This document shows, in pieces, positions 9,407 to 18,554 of a DNA stretch of 32,000 bases. The stretch is from Thermoproteus tenax Kra 1 (GTDB lineage Archaea; Thermoproteota; Thermoprotei; Thermoproteales; Thermoproteaceae). The position numbers and the translations under genes are program-made. The stretch spans positions 1,170,001 through 1,202,000 of the forward strand of contig NC_016070.1 of assembly GCF_000253055.1 (NCBI RefSeq), written 5' to 3'. Position 1 is the first letter of the stretch. Every line of letters starts with the position of its first letter. Below the pieces are notes generated by a model. The model did not search any database. It was given only the letters and a program-made list of their open reading frames with translations, and was not told the DNA's origin.

Positions 9407-9654
9407 GGAGGAGCTCTAGAGGTCTGTATTAAGCATTTACGCGCGTTTTCGCCCTACCGAGCGAGTCATTCGCAAACTTCCTCCTTCATGCATTGCTATA
9501 TATTCGAGACGGCGCCCTTCAGCCTGGCTCGCTCCTTTCCAATATCTCTTCAAAAAGATAGTATTTTTAATTAACAGTATATTAACAACATTATATCCAG
9601 ACTTGTTATCTTTAACTAGATCTATACAAATCAAAAGAACTCTACCAAGGTCAA

Positions 9655-9664
9655 TACTTAAAAA
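9655..9664 (+). promoter_or_regulatory. Putative archaeal TATA box for the gene starting at 9684
   Basis: acttaaaaag centred about 24 nt upstream of the ATG at 9684, in an AT-rich divergent intergenic region. Consistent with a leaderless archaeal promoter. Confidence 0.45.
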
Positions 9665-9683
9665 GAACTTTCTTACAAGTTTC

Positions 9684-9941
9684 ATGCACAGAGATAAGGC
9701 TGTCGGCGCTGCGCTCGTGGCCTTGGGCGTCGTGGGCATCTTGTTGTACGGATGGCTCGTCTTCCTCTCGCCGTGGTCCCTAGCGGTGTTGCGGGCTACC
9801 GCCTTCGTGGCCGTGGCGGCGGTCTTGGGCATTCTGGCCTGGGTGGGATACGCCTTGGCCACAACGCCGCCTCCCAAGCCTATAGAGGAGATCGAGAAAG
9901 AAATAGAACAAGAGCTGAAGAAGTTGGAAGAATCCAAATGA
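9684..9941 (+). CDS. Small membrane protein with two predicted TM segments and an acidic C-terminal helix
   Basis: MHRDKAVGAALVALGVVGILLYGWLVFLS...FVAVAAVLGILAWVGYALATTPPPKPIEEIEKEIEQELKKLEESK. The stop overlaps the next gene's ATG (ATGA). Confidence 0.75.
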   Translation: MHRDKAVGAALVALGVVGILLYGWLVFLSPWSLAVLRATAFVAVAAVLGILAWVGYALATTPPPKPIEEIEKEIEQELKKLEESK

Positions 9942-10837
9942 ACTATGTCGTCGTAATCCCCACGCTCAACGAAAGAGAGGCTATAGGTCGTGTAATAGAG
10001 GAGATAGCGAGCTCGGGCATACCCCTAGAGCGCATAATAGTGGTAGACGGAGGCTCTACAGACGGCACGTGCGAAGAGGCAGAAAGGCTTGGGGTAAAGT
10101 GTATGTTACAAGAGGGCAAGGGGAAATCCGACGCTATACGCACGATAGTTAGACGAGTTGACGCCGACATATATGTCTTTTTAGACGGAGATTGGACGTA
10201 CCCCGCCAAACATATACCGGAGCTCTTAAAGCTGGCAGAGGAGTGCGACGAGGTTATCGGTGCGAGAAAAAACGTTGAGCCAGGCGCGCAGAGGCTGATA
10301 TACAGGCTGGGCAACTGGGCACTCACGAGGGCGTTCAACCTCATCTTCGGCACAAGACTCACGGACGTCTTGAGCGGGATGTATGCAGTAAGACGAGACG
10401 CCGTGATAGACGCCGAATTTAACACCAAAGGCTTCAGCGTAGAGGCGGAGGTGGCCGCCCACGTGGCTTCGACTGGGAGGACGATATGTGAAATCCCTAT
10501 AACATACAGGAGGAGACTGGGGAAGAAAAAACTAAAGCCGCTACACGGCGTTCAAATATTCAAAGACATGATCCTCTTAGCTTGGCGCTACAACCCAGTC
10601 TTCTTGATTTTCACAGCGGCGGCTTCGCTACTAGTGCCCGGCCTATCGTTGGGGATATGGGTACTGTACGAGTGGATCTTCTTCGACGTGAAGCACTACG
10701 TCTGGGGACTAGTAGCGTTCATACTCAGCACCAGCGGCGTAGTATCGGCGGCTCTGGCCTTGATGGCCGTATATTTAAAGAGGATGGAGATCAGACTTCT
10801 AAGGGCAATAAGGCGCGATAGAAGGCCATGCGGTTAG
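9938..10837 (+). CDS. GT2 family glycosyltransferase, dolichyl-phosphate sugar synthase-like (DPM1/AglJ type) with C-terminal TM helices
   Basis: MNYVVVIPTLNEREAIGRVIEEIASSGIPLERIIVVDGGSTDGTCE..., DADIYVFLDGDWTYPA, LTDVLSGMYAVRRDA, QIFKDMI, followed by two hydrophobic stretches. Start moved inward from the ORF-track start at 9752. Confidence 0.92.
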   Translation: MNYVVVIPTLNEREAIGRVIEEIASSGIPLERIIVVDGGSTDGTCEEAERLGVKCMLQEGKGKSDAIRTIVRRVDADIYVFLDGDWTYPAKHIPELLKLAEECDEVIGARKNVEPGAQRLIYRLGNWALTRAFNLIFGTRLTDVLSGMYAVRRDAVIDAEFNTKGFSVEAEVAAHVASTGRTICEIPITYRRRLGKKKLKPLHGVQIFKDMILLAWRYNPVFLIFTAAASLLVPGLSLGIWVLYEWIFFDVKHYVWGLVAFILSTSGVVSAALALMAVYLKRMEIRLLRAIRRDRRPCG

Positions 10838-10855
10838 CAAACGCGCCGCGAGAAA

Positions 10856-11720
10856 TTAGACCAACTTCGATAAAAAAAGACGGCCGAACCTTGTGCCAAC
10901 TCTGGCTAAGTTGGGCAGAGTGGCCGCCGTCAGCCTAAATGAGACGACACGCTCCATTAGGGCGAAGGCCCACAGCCCCAACGGTATCCTGCTGGGCAAC
11001 TCGGCGACGCCCCTCGCCACAGCTAAATGTAGAGACGCAATATAGCGCATCGCCGGAGCTACCCCCAGCTCCTCCAAGATCCCCCTGTCGAGCCACTTAT
11101 CGACGGTCAGAAAATCGTTGAGCGTGTAGATCCGCTCTTTATAAACGGCGTGCGCTACCGCGAGGGCCGCCTCCGCGCCTAGGGAGAGGGCAGGCAACTT
11201 GACGCCGCCAAAGTCGGCCACTTTCCACGTGTTTAAAAAGCCCCTCGGCATCCAGATACGCGACGCCGCCCAACGTGGGCAAGACGTAGAGATCCACGAT
11301 GTCGACGCCGCGAGCCATAGTCACACAGTACGGATCCTTCACGGCGACTGAGAAGCCCCTCTTCCTCAACTCAACGACGGCGAGCCCCACGTCTCTCCGG
11401 TCGACCAACACATCGACGTCGGAAGGCACATAGGCGACAGGCCTCCTGAGCTTAATGAACACGTGGCGGACCCCGCGCAGAGCCTCCGCCACCTCTCTGA
11501 GGGTCTTGAGAAATCGGGCATACCTCGCCTCTTCTCTGAGCCTCAACGGCCCCTCCACGCCTGCCGATCTGAGGAAGTGCAGAAGGACTTTATTTCTCGC
11601 CGCAACTTCGACGCACTCCCCAGCAGATCTGGCGTCGACGCCGGCGCCGCGCGTAATTACGTCAAATACGAGGCGGAAGCAGTTCACAGCCCCAAGAGGA
11701 GGCGAGCCCTCTCGGCGCAT
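10856..11720 (-). pseudogene. Nucleotidyltransferase (MNT/NTP_transf_5-like), frameshifted
   Basis: ORF 11139..11720 carries VFIKLRRPVAYVPSDVDVLVDRRD...GVDIVDLYVLPTLGGVAYLDAEGLFKHVE. ORF 10856..11251 continues in another frame with VADFGGVKLPALSLGAEAALAVAHAVYKERIYTLNDFLTVDKW. The two join across about 11215-11250. Confidence 0.72.
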
Positions 11721-12550
11721 TTGTCAACAGAGCACGACGTAGTATCCAAGACCGGCGCCCCTATGGCTTGGGCGAGCTTGTCGTAGACAGCCAACTCAAC
11801 GTCTAACAGGCCTGCCTCGGGCGACCCAGCCCTCCTCGCCCTCAAGACGTCTAAGTCGGCTCTAACGTAGAGAGAGCGGGGACAGGCCATTTTGTGGAGA
11901 GCCAGGGCCAGCCGCGCAACAGGCCCGCTCAATATTTCTGCGTCTCGCAAAGTGAGAACTAGCCAGACTAGAAGATCAACGGGCGACCTCTCTCCCACTA
12001 CGCGACGGCCCGCGGCCTTAGGAAAGACGTACTTGAGAAGAACCACGGGAAACGCTGAGAGGAGCTCCAGCCAAACCCAAAGCGGCTTCAGAGGAGGGGG
12101 CACACAGATGCCGAAATACGGATTACAACCGCCGCGGAAGACCCTAAAACGCGAGAGAAACCTCGCCAGAAGAGAGACAAACGTGTGAGAGCCCCTCATC
12201 CAGGCTATGCTGACGTCCTCCGAGACTAAGCTGCGCGCCAATGTAGATTTGCCAGAGCCGTCGGGCCCGAAAAGACAGAGCACGGCTCCTCGACGTGTCA
12301 GTGCGGCCGCGGGGAGTCTGTCTGAGAGCAGGCGCTCGGCGCTTCTAGGGGCTTGCACCACGGCTCGTATGAAACGTACTAAAATACGTCTACCGTTAGA
12401 GGGGCCCTCCGCGGCGCTGGCCCTCCCCGGAGCTCGTGGCACGCCCCAAGTCGCGCTCGGAAACCCGAGATGAGGGACTTGGGTCATAGAGGGCCGGCTC
12501 TGCCCCAGATTGCACCCCCAGGGCCCGGTATCGGCTGTTTCCAATGGCAC
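11684..12550 (-). CDS. Thymidylate-kinase-like P-loop protein in glycan cluster (N-terminal boundary uncertain)
   Basis: Walker A in AVLCLFGPDGSGKSTLARSLV, VVGERSPVDLLV, LYVRADLDVLRARRAGSPEAGLLDVELAVYDKLA. The first ~70 codons of the track ORF look partly non-coding, so the true start is probably internal. Confidence 0.7.
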   Translation of the reverse strand: MPLETADTGPWGCNLGQSRPSMTQVPHLGFPSATWGVPRAPGRASAAEGPSNGRRILVRFIRAVVQAPRSAERLLSDRLPAAALTRRGAVLCLFGPDGSGKSTLARSLVSEDVSIAWMRGSHTFVSLLARFLSRFRVFRGGCNPYFGICVPPPLKPLWVWLELLSAFPVVLLKYVFPKAAGRRVVGERSPVDLLVWLVLTLRDAEILSGPVARLALALHKMACPRSLYVRADLDVLRARRAGSPEAGLLDVELAVYDKLAQAIGAPVLDTTSCSVDKCAERARLLLGL

Positions 12551-12853
12551 TTCTTCGTCCCCAACAACGGTGCGTGGCCTCTGAAGTTCAGGGGGGATAC
12601 AATTCCCTCTACAGCTCTTGCAGTTTCACACCGCAACGAGGGCTGACGGTGCTAATTTACAAACCGCGCTCGGGGGACATCCCGTCGATTATCCTGTGCG
12701 CCAACTCCCGCTCGTCGGGAGCGGGCGGGCGCTCTTGGCCGCGAGTCTCGGCTCCTCCCGCCCCGTCAACTTCTTCAACAGCCTCCCGGCGTACTCCCCT
12801 GCGGCGAGCCTCGGTATGGCTAGGAGGATGCCGGGTCTCTCCTCAATGGCCCG

Positions 12854-14407
12854 CTACGACATCAACATCACGATCCTCCTCTCGGCCTTAAGCAGAAACA
12901 CAAGGGGCCTCGTCAAGCCGCCGGCCCGTCTGAAGACCTCTATGAGCAACTCCACATCTCTTGCGTCCAAGGCCTTAAGCAGAGGGAGGGCCACTGCATA
13001 AGATGTAATATAGATCGGAATCCCCAGCGCGAGGGCCAAGACATTCTGCGCGCCCGCCTCAAACAGGGCCAGCGGCGGGAGAGCCGCCAGAAGAGAGGCC
13101 AGGTATATTCTGGCTATACGGGGCGCCCCTAGAGACACTTTGGCGACCTTCCTCGCCCTTATCAGCAGATATAGGGTGGAGGCGTAGCCCCCGGCGAGCC
13201 CCGCCAACACGTTCCCCAAGACTCCCAACGCCGGGACTAGAGCGAGCGTAAGCGGCAGAGACACCGCTGTGGAGACCGCCCACGACTTAAGGAGCTCCTT
13301 AGTCATCCCAAGCCCGGCGAACAAGCTACTGAGGGCGTAGCCGCCCAAGCCGACGCTGAGGGTCCCCAACGCCGCCAGCGATAGGTAGAGCGGCGCCGAC
13401 GCGTAGCTTGCGCCGTATATGAGGGACACCAAGTCCCTTGAGAACAAGATCAACGCGACGGCTACAGGCACTACAACGATCGAGCTGAGCTTGACAGACT
13501 CCCTAAAGATCCCGGCCGCGGCCTGGCCCCCAGCCCTCGAGAAGGCCGCGAAGAGCGTCGAGCTGATAGAGGACGTCAATAGGGCAAGAGCCGAGGCTAT
13601 GTTATTGGCGGCGGAGTAGTTGCCCAAGTCGTAGTTGTTTACGAAGTGGGCCGTGTAGACGAACAAGGTGTTGCTCAAGACGAAGCCCGCCAACGTGGGC
13701 ACGTAGGTGGGGTAGCTGTACGAGACCATAGACCTCAGAGACTCGAAGAAGCCGACGTCCTCCGCTCCGCCGCTGGCCAAACCTCTGTAGAGCCTAAAAA
13801 AGAAGTACAGAGCCAAGGCAGTCGCCACGGCGTAGCTCACGACGTGTCCCACAACGGCGCCCAGAACTCCTAGGTACAACGTCAACGAGAGGGCCAACGC
13901 CAGTTTCGAGGCAGCTTGAACTAGGTTGACGAGAGCCCCGTAGTCTGTCCTCAATGTGGCCAAGAAGAGGGCGTTACAGACGTCTAAAACCATGGAGGTC
14001 AACATCAGCGCCGAGGCCACTCTGACTAAACTGGACAGCTCGGGCCTGGCGAGAAAATAGCGGGCGACGGCGCCGGAAAACGCCGCTATCGTCAAAACCG
14101 CCCCGAGCCCCACGGCGGCTCTAAAAAGCAAGGCGTTTCTCGCGTAGAGCGCAGCCGCCGAGCCTCTGCCGCGAGCCGCCAGAGAAGAGACGTAGTAAGT
14201 CACGGCCCCACTCAAGCCGAGACTCAACAGAGGGCCAAATATGGAGGGTATGCTCAAAACGAGGGAGTAGATGCCGTAGCCGCTGGGCCCCAGAAGTCTG
14301 GCGATGATTATCGAGGCGGCCGCCAAAACAGCGGTGGATGCGAAACCGCCAGCGAAAAGGAAGAGCCCGCCCCTAGCAACTCTAGCAGCTTCGTCGACAT
14401 AGCCCAT
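12854..14407 (-). CDS. Wzx/RfbX-type oligosaccharide flippase (MVF/MATE-like, polysaccharide biosynthesis protein)
   Basis: 517 aa polytopic protein: GGFASTAVLAAASIIIARLLGPSGYGIYSLVLSIPSIFGPLLSLGLSGAVTYYVSSLAARG...YDLGNYSAANNIASALALLTSSISSTLFAAFSRAG. Confidence 0.9.
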   Translation of the reverse strand: MGYVDEAARVARGGLFLFAGGFASTAVLAAASIIIARLLGPSGYGIYSLVLSIPSIFGPLLSLGLSGAVTYYVSSLAARGRGSAAALYARNALLFRAAVGLGAVLTIAAFSGAVARYFLARPELSSLVRVASALMLTSMVLDVCNALFLATLRTDYGALVNLVQAASKLALALSLTLYLGVLGAVVGHVVSYAVATALALYFFFRLYRGLASGGAEDVGFFESLRSMVSYSYPTYVPTLAGFVLSNTLFVYTAHFVNNYDLGNYSAANNIASALALLTSSISSTLFAAFSRAGGQAAAGIFRESVKLSSIVVVPVAVALILFSRDLVSLIYGASYASAPLYLSLAALGTLSVGLGGYALSSLFAGLGMTKELLKSWAVSTAVSLPLTLALVPALGVLGNVLAGLAGGYASTLYLLIRARKVAKVSLGAPRIARIYLASLLAALPPLALFEAGAQNVLALALGIPIYITSYAVALPLLKALDARDVELLIEVFRRAGGLTRPLVFLLKAERRIVMLMS

Positions 14408-14469
14408 AGAGCCCAGAACTAAGCCGTTAAAATGCTCTACGGCGCCGACTAGTGCAAGAGCCAGCCCTG

Positions 14470-14880
14470 CAGATATATCGCCTTAAGCCGAGCGATGCTC
14501 CTTATTGCGTCTGCCGGAGTCTCCACGAGGGGTTATTCAGCCACTGAACCTCGTGCTTGGCATCGCCCCTTTATTTGTGCCGTTTCCCGAGCACTTTGAT
14601 GGTGTTATGAGGAGGCCATGGACATTACGTGGCTTGGCCCATTGGGCCTAAACAGCGATGGTATATCGTGGATGCCGTAAACTACGGGGACGCCGAATGT
14701 ATTTACATCCTTAATGCCAAGGCCCAGTAACTTACCGACGTAAACAACATCAAACCCTCCAAGGTCTAGGGATCCGCCACTAGGCTCAAGGAAAGAAACC
14801 GCGTAGCCCATCCTAGAGAGAGCAACGCCCAAGCCCTCATCGAACCAATTAACAAAAAGAACCCTATACATACACCACAC
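14470..14880 (-). pseudogene. Remnant of GT4-type glycosyltransferase (N-terminal fragment plus probable C-terminal tail)
   Basis: 14605..14880 encodes MYRVLFVNWFDEGLGVALSRMGYAVSFLEPSGGSLDLGGFDVVYVGKLLGLGIKDVNTFGVPVVYGIHD, which then stops. Out-of-frame VETPADAIRSIARLKAIYLQGWLLH* lies downstream. The central and catalytic regions are missing. Confidence 0.5.
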
Positions 14881-15643
14881 CGATGCCGAAACCTCCCTGC
14901 CTCCAGTCCTTGACCAACTCCATGTATTTATCCCTCGGCAGTCTTTGCTTTAGCTCGCTCCAAAACCTAGGGACGCCGCCGACGTACTCCGGCGGCCCTG
15001 GCACTATGTCGTGGAAGGCGATTATGCCGCCTTTCCTAACCAGCGGCGAGTACATCTCGAAGTCTCTCTTCACTCCCTCGTAGGTGTGGTCTCCGTCGAT
15101 AAACAAGAAGTCCACCTTCCTACCGCCGAGAGCCCTCTCCACTCTCTCGAGAGTACGCTGGTCGTGGCTGTCGCCTCTAATGAGGACGACCCTCTGCCTT
15201 CCTCTCGCAAACGATCTGTATAGAAAGCCTTTGAGCCAGGGGTATCCGCCGCCAAACAGCCCGCCGGGGAGGTCTACGCTTATAAGTAACGCGTCGTCGG
15301 TAGCCGCCCAAGTCCAGAGGAACAAAGTGCCGCCTCTCGCCGTGCCAATCTCAAGAACAACCGAAGGCCTAACCCCAGCCACAAGTCTCACCAACTGCTC
15401 GACCTCCTCTCTAATCTGCATAGGCGTAATAAGACGGGCGATAGTGTCGCTAGAGAATAAGAAGTCAAGTGCTTTCTCCCAACTGCCAACTTTTCTAAAT
15501 TTGAAGCGTGCATATGGTGACAACAAAAAACTTACAACCCCCACTCTCTCAAGTCTCCGAAAACTAAATCTCAAAGCCACATAAAACAAAGACCCAACAC
15601 CCCCACTCTTAACAACTTCCGCAACTCCCCCCAACAACCCCAT
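14864..15643 (-). CDS. Class I SAM-dependent methyltransferase (Methyltransf_24/cephalosporin hydroxylase-like)
   Basis: 259 aa: SVVLEIGTARGGTLFLWTWAATDDALLISVDLPGG..., VDFLFIDGDHTYEGVKRDFEMYSPLVRKGGIIAFHDIVPGP. Confidence 0.88.
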   Translation of the reverse strand: MGLLGGVAEVVKSGGVGSLFYVALRFSFRRLERVGVVSFLLSPYARFKFRKVGSWEKALDFLFSSDTIARLITPMQIREEVEQLVRLVAGVRPSVVLEIGTARGGTLFLWTWAATDDALLISVDLPGGLFGGGYPWLKGFLYRSFARGRQRVVLIRGDSHDQRTLERVERALGGRKVDFLFIDGDHTYEGVKRDFEMYSPLVRKGGIIAFHDIVPGPPEYVGGVPRFWSELKQRLPRDKYMELVKDWRQGGFGIGVVYV

Positions 15644-15709
15644 AAAACCTAATTCACAACACTTTTTAAGGATTTTGTAGAGTGATTTGCCAACAGGAAT
15701 AATACGAAT

Positions 15710-16210
15710 TTATGTATAGCTTTGAGCAAATAATGCATAGTCTATATAGATGTTTGTACATGCCAAGAAGCCGAACCTTAATATAGTACCAGGGTCGTCT
15801 CTCTTGATCCTCGGCTTGCTACGTTTATTTGCAATATGGCGAAATACGCCGCGTCTAAGTTTCAGCCCCAGCCTTATTCCATCGACGTAAGACCTTATAC
15901 GCAATCTTTTCATATTGGGGAACAACGCCATGAAACGAATCATTGCATTTAAAGGCCAATGGCTATCATAAGCTATAGGTACTGCCGTACCGCTCACCCC
16001 CGACCAATACTCAAGGACCGCGTTTAACTTACGTCCTATCGTCGCACTTCTGAAGTGCTTACCTACAATTATTGGTACAGCGACTAAGGCGTAGCCGCTT
16101 CTCCAAAGTCTTATGCCCAATTCGTAGTCGTCGCCCCACATGAAGAAGTAGAACAGGGATAAGCCGTAACAAGGACCCCTAAATGATCTGAGCCTGCTGA
16201 CAAGTAAGCT
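15710..16210 (-). pseudogene. C-terminal remnant of a GT2 glycosyltransferase
   Basis: The reading frame is open upstream of the track ATG (DSLLVSRLRSFRGPCYGLSLFYFFMWGDDYELGIRLWRSGYALVAVPIIVGKHFRSAT...) and then hits an in-frame TGA. The N-terminal nucleotide-binding half (DNGSxDGT) is absent. Confidence 0.65.
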
Positions 16211-16410
16211 ATCTTTTCATCAGAACATTGGTATTGGGATGTTTATAGATTACATCCGTGTAGCTTGGTAAAAATAAAGTATCTACAGGGTGGCTAATGT
16301 AGAAGAGCCAGACTTGTAAAAGTCGCGTAGGTTATTAACTATAAACTGAAGCTAAACATTGCAATGGTAATGAGTATTACACAAACATTAACTATAGTGT
16401 AAACTTACAA

Positions 16411-17043
16411 TTAGTCCTCCTCGCGTTTGTTCGTCACTTCATTAAATAGTACGGCAAGATTTGATGCCATATCAGTCAAAGGGTAACGCTCAGCAAGTCT
16501 TCTAGAGCTAAGGCTTGGAACTACGTAAGAATTGTCCTTTTTCCAAAGCATATAATATTTCAAGACTCCCCTTGTTAGACTTCTGAGATCAAATGGCCTA
16601 GTTATATGGCCGCAGAGCTCACCCTTGGATACGGCTGGCTTCAGAATATCTCTGGGAGCTCCGGGAATGTCAAACGCGACTACAGGTGTACCGCAAGCTA
16701 GGGCTTCGAGAACTATTAGACCGAAAGTTTCATACCTGCTTGGAAAGAGTAAGAGATGTGCTTGAAGTAGTTCCCTGAGAAAGTCTCTTCTAGATAGCCA
16801 ATGAAATATTTCGACCCTGCTTGGGAACTTGCTAGCGAGATCTTGGAGATATCGTACGGGAACTGGAAGTATACCATGACCAAGAAATATCTTAGCTTGT
16901 ATGTCTGGGAAACGCGAAAGGAGAGAGCTTATAACAGATGCTGCGATATCTGCACCTTTTCCATACCGGGCACCAACAAATTCAGGAGTTAAATAAAGAG
17001 TTATTGAAACGCAGGATAAAAACAATTGCTGTACCATCAACAT
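16411..17043 (-). pseudogene. C-terminal half of GT4 glycosyltransferase (Glycos_transf_1 domain)
   Basis: FVGARYGKGADIAASVISSLL...AKIFLGHG...LLQAHLLLFPSRYETFGLIVLEALACGTPVVAFDIPGAPRDILKP...GHITRPFD. No N-terminal domain upstream on this strand. Confidence 0.7.
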
Positions 17044-17504
17044 ACGAGTTCCCTCTAAGCCGTTTGGATCCCCGATTCTTCGCAGAGTTTGACGTAATTT
17101 ATTTCGTCAATTTGTTTTTTCCTACTGACGAACTTCGCTATCTCTTAAGACTTTCTCATACCCTAAAGACAAAGCCCATAGTATATGGTGTACACGCACT
17201 AGTAATTATGCCTGGATTTAGAGGGTATAGGCCACGTAATTACTTATATAGTGTATTATCTCTTCTTCGGCTAACTGTTGAAAAGGTATTTATAAACAAA
17301 CAAATCAGAGTCGTTCATGTTTTAAACAGCTTTGATCTCTCTGTGTTTAAAACTCTAGAGTTTCGTCGGACGGCGTATATCCCATGGGGTATTCCCAATA
17401 CGATACTAGAAAGATGTCAGCCGTATTCTAATAAAAAACAAAGCAATAAGTTTACTATTGAAAGTATTCATCCGATGGCTTCCAATTTACGAATGCTACC
17501 TTAA
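17000..17504 (+). pseudogene. N-terminal half of GT4 glycosyltransferase on the opposite strand
   Basis: STYEFPLSRLDPRFFAEFDVIYFVNLFFPTDELRYLLRLSHTLKTKPIVYGVHALVIMPG...RVVHVLNSFDLSVFKTLEFRRTAYIPWGIPNT. It ends at the point where the Glycos_transf_1 domain would begin. Confidence 0.6.
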
Positions 17505-17552
17505 TAAATTCCACCGATTTAATACTACCTAGGAACTTATAAACACACGTGC

Positions 17553-18554
17553 TTATCGTAAAAGGTGTAAATTTTTTGCTGTCAAATGTGGATATGCGAC
17601 AGCACGATACGTATTTATTGAAAGCCTAATTTTACTCGTATAAAGCTTTCGGCCTATGGCTCTCTTTACGAAGTGTTTTAAGCCTATAAACGAGTAAAGA
17701 AGCCCTAGCGTGTCCAAATGCCTTAGATAATGTAGTATTGATACGTATGTGTACTCAATTATAGCGATCGGCAATATCGCGACAAGAGATGTGACAGGTA
17801 ACTTCATCAGCAGAGACATAAAATTCCTTGAGAAGTAATATTGTAACTTTGGGTTCGTTTTGCCAAATGTAGCACTACCGATGTGGTATACAAAGTGTCT
17901 GAGTACGCAGACTACTCTATACCCTGCTGACCAAACCCTCAAGCTATAGTCAACATCATCAAACCAGAAAAAGTAGTCTTCGTCAAACATGCCAAGCTTA
18001 AAGAAAAGATCTGATCTTGTCATAAGAGCCGCGCCAATTGCATACGATACATCTAACAAGTTTTTGTGCATTTTATGAGTATATATCGCATCGGCTGTTA
18101 TGGGAGAGGGTATGAGACCCAGACTCAAAGCAAACCCAAGGTTATGTGAACCATCTAGGTTTATCACTACAGGTTGGGCAACTCCTACATCGGGGTTGCT
18201 CTCCATGATCTCGACTAGTCCAGAAACCAAGTCAGGCTTTATAAATACGTCATCATTCAAGAATAATATATATTTACTATCTCTAAGGAGTACTGCAGCC
18301 CTATTGTTGCCCCCGGACCACCCATAGTTCTTCCTCAACCTCAAGATCTCAACATTACACTTGGAACTTCTTGTATTAAAGAACTCGGCCACAAAGTCTG
18401 GGGTTCTATCTCTCGATCCATTGTCGGCTATCACAACCCTACAGTTATCGTAATCTATAGAGGACAGTCGTGTCAATATCTTTTGAAATACTTCCTCGCC
18501 AATTTTGCTAAGAGTGTTATACGTCAACATTACTATACCTACTCTTGGCTTCAT
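17553..18554 (-). CDS. GT2 family glycosyltransferase (rhamnosyltransferase-like)
   Basis: VGIVMLTYNTLSKIGEEVFQKILTRLSSIDYDNCRVVIADNGSRDRTPDF, YILFLNDDVFIKPD, MFDEDYFFWFDDVDYSLRVWSAGY. Confidence 0.93.
   Translation of the reverse strand: MKPRVGIVMLTYNTLSKIGEEVFQKILTRLSSIDYDNCRVVIADNGSRDRTPDFVAEFFNTRSSKCNVEILRLRKNYGWSGGNNRAAVLLRDSKYILFLNDDVFIKPDLVSGLVEIMESNPDVGVAQPVVINLDGSHNLGFALSLGLIPSPITADAIYTHKMHKNLLDVSYAIGAALMTRSDLFFKLGMFDEDYFFWFDDVDYSLRVWSAGYRVVCVLRHFVYHIGSATFGKTNPKLQYYFSRNFMSLLMKLPVTSLVAILPIAIIEYTYVSILHYLRHLDTLGLLYSFIGLKHFVKRAIGRKLYTSKIRLSINTYRAVAYPHLTAKNLHLLR

Noticed and set aside
9752-9937. Long N-terminal extension of the GT2 ORF in the track
   Set aside because: The extension overlaps the small membrane protein gene out of frame. 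The canonical GT2 start MNYVVVIPTLNE at 9938 is in ATGA coupling.
15084-15584. Plus-strand 166-aa ORF and other plus-strand ORFs over the methyltransferase
   Set aside because: Antisense to a clear SAM methyltransferase, with no recognisable motifs.
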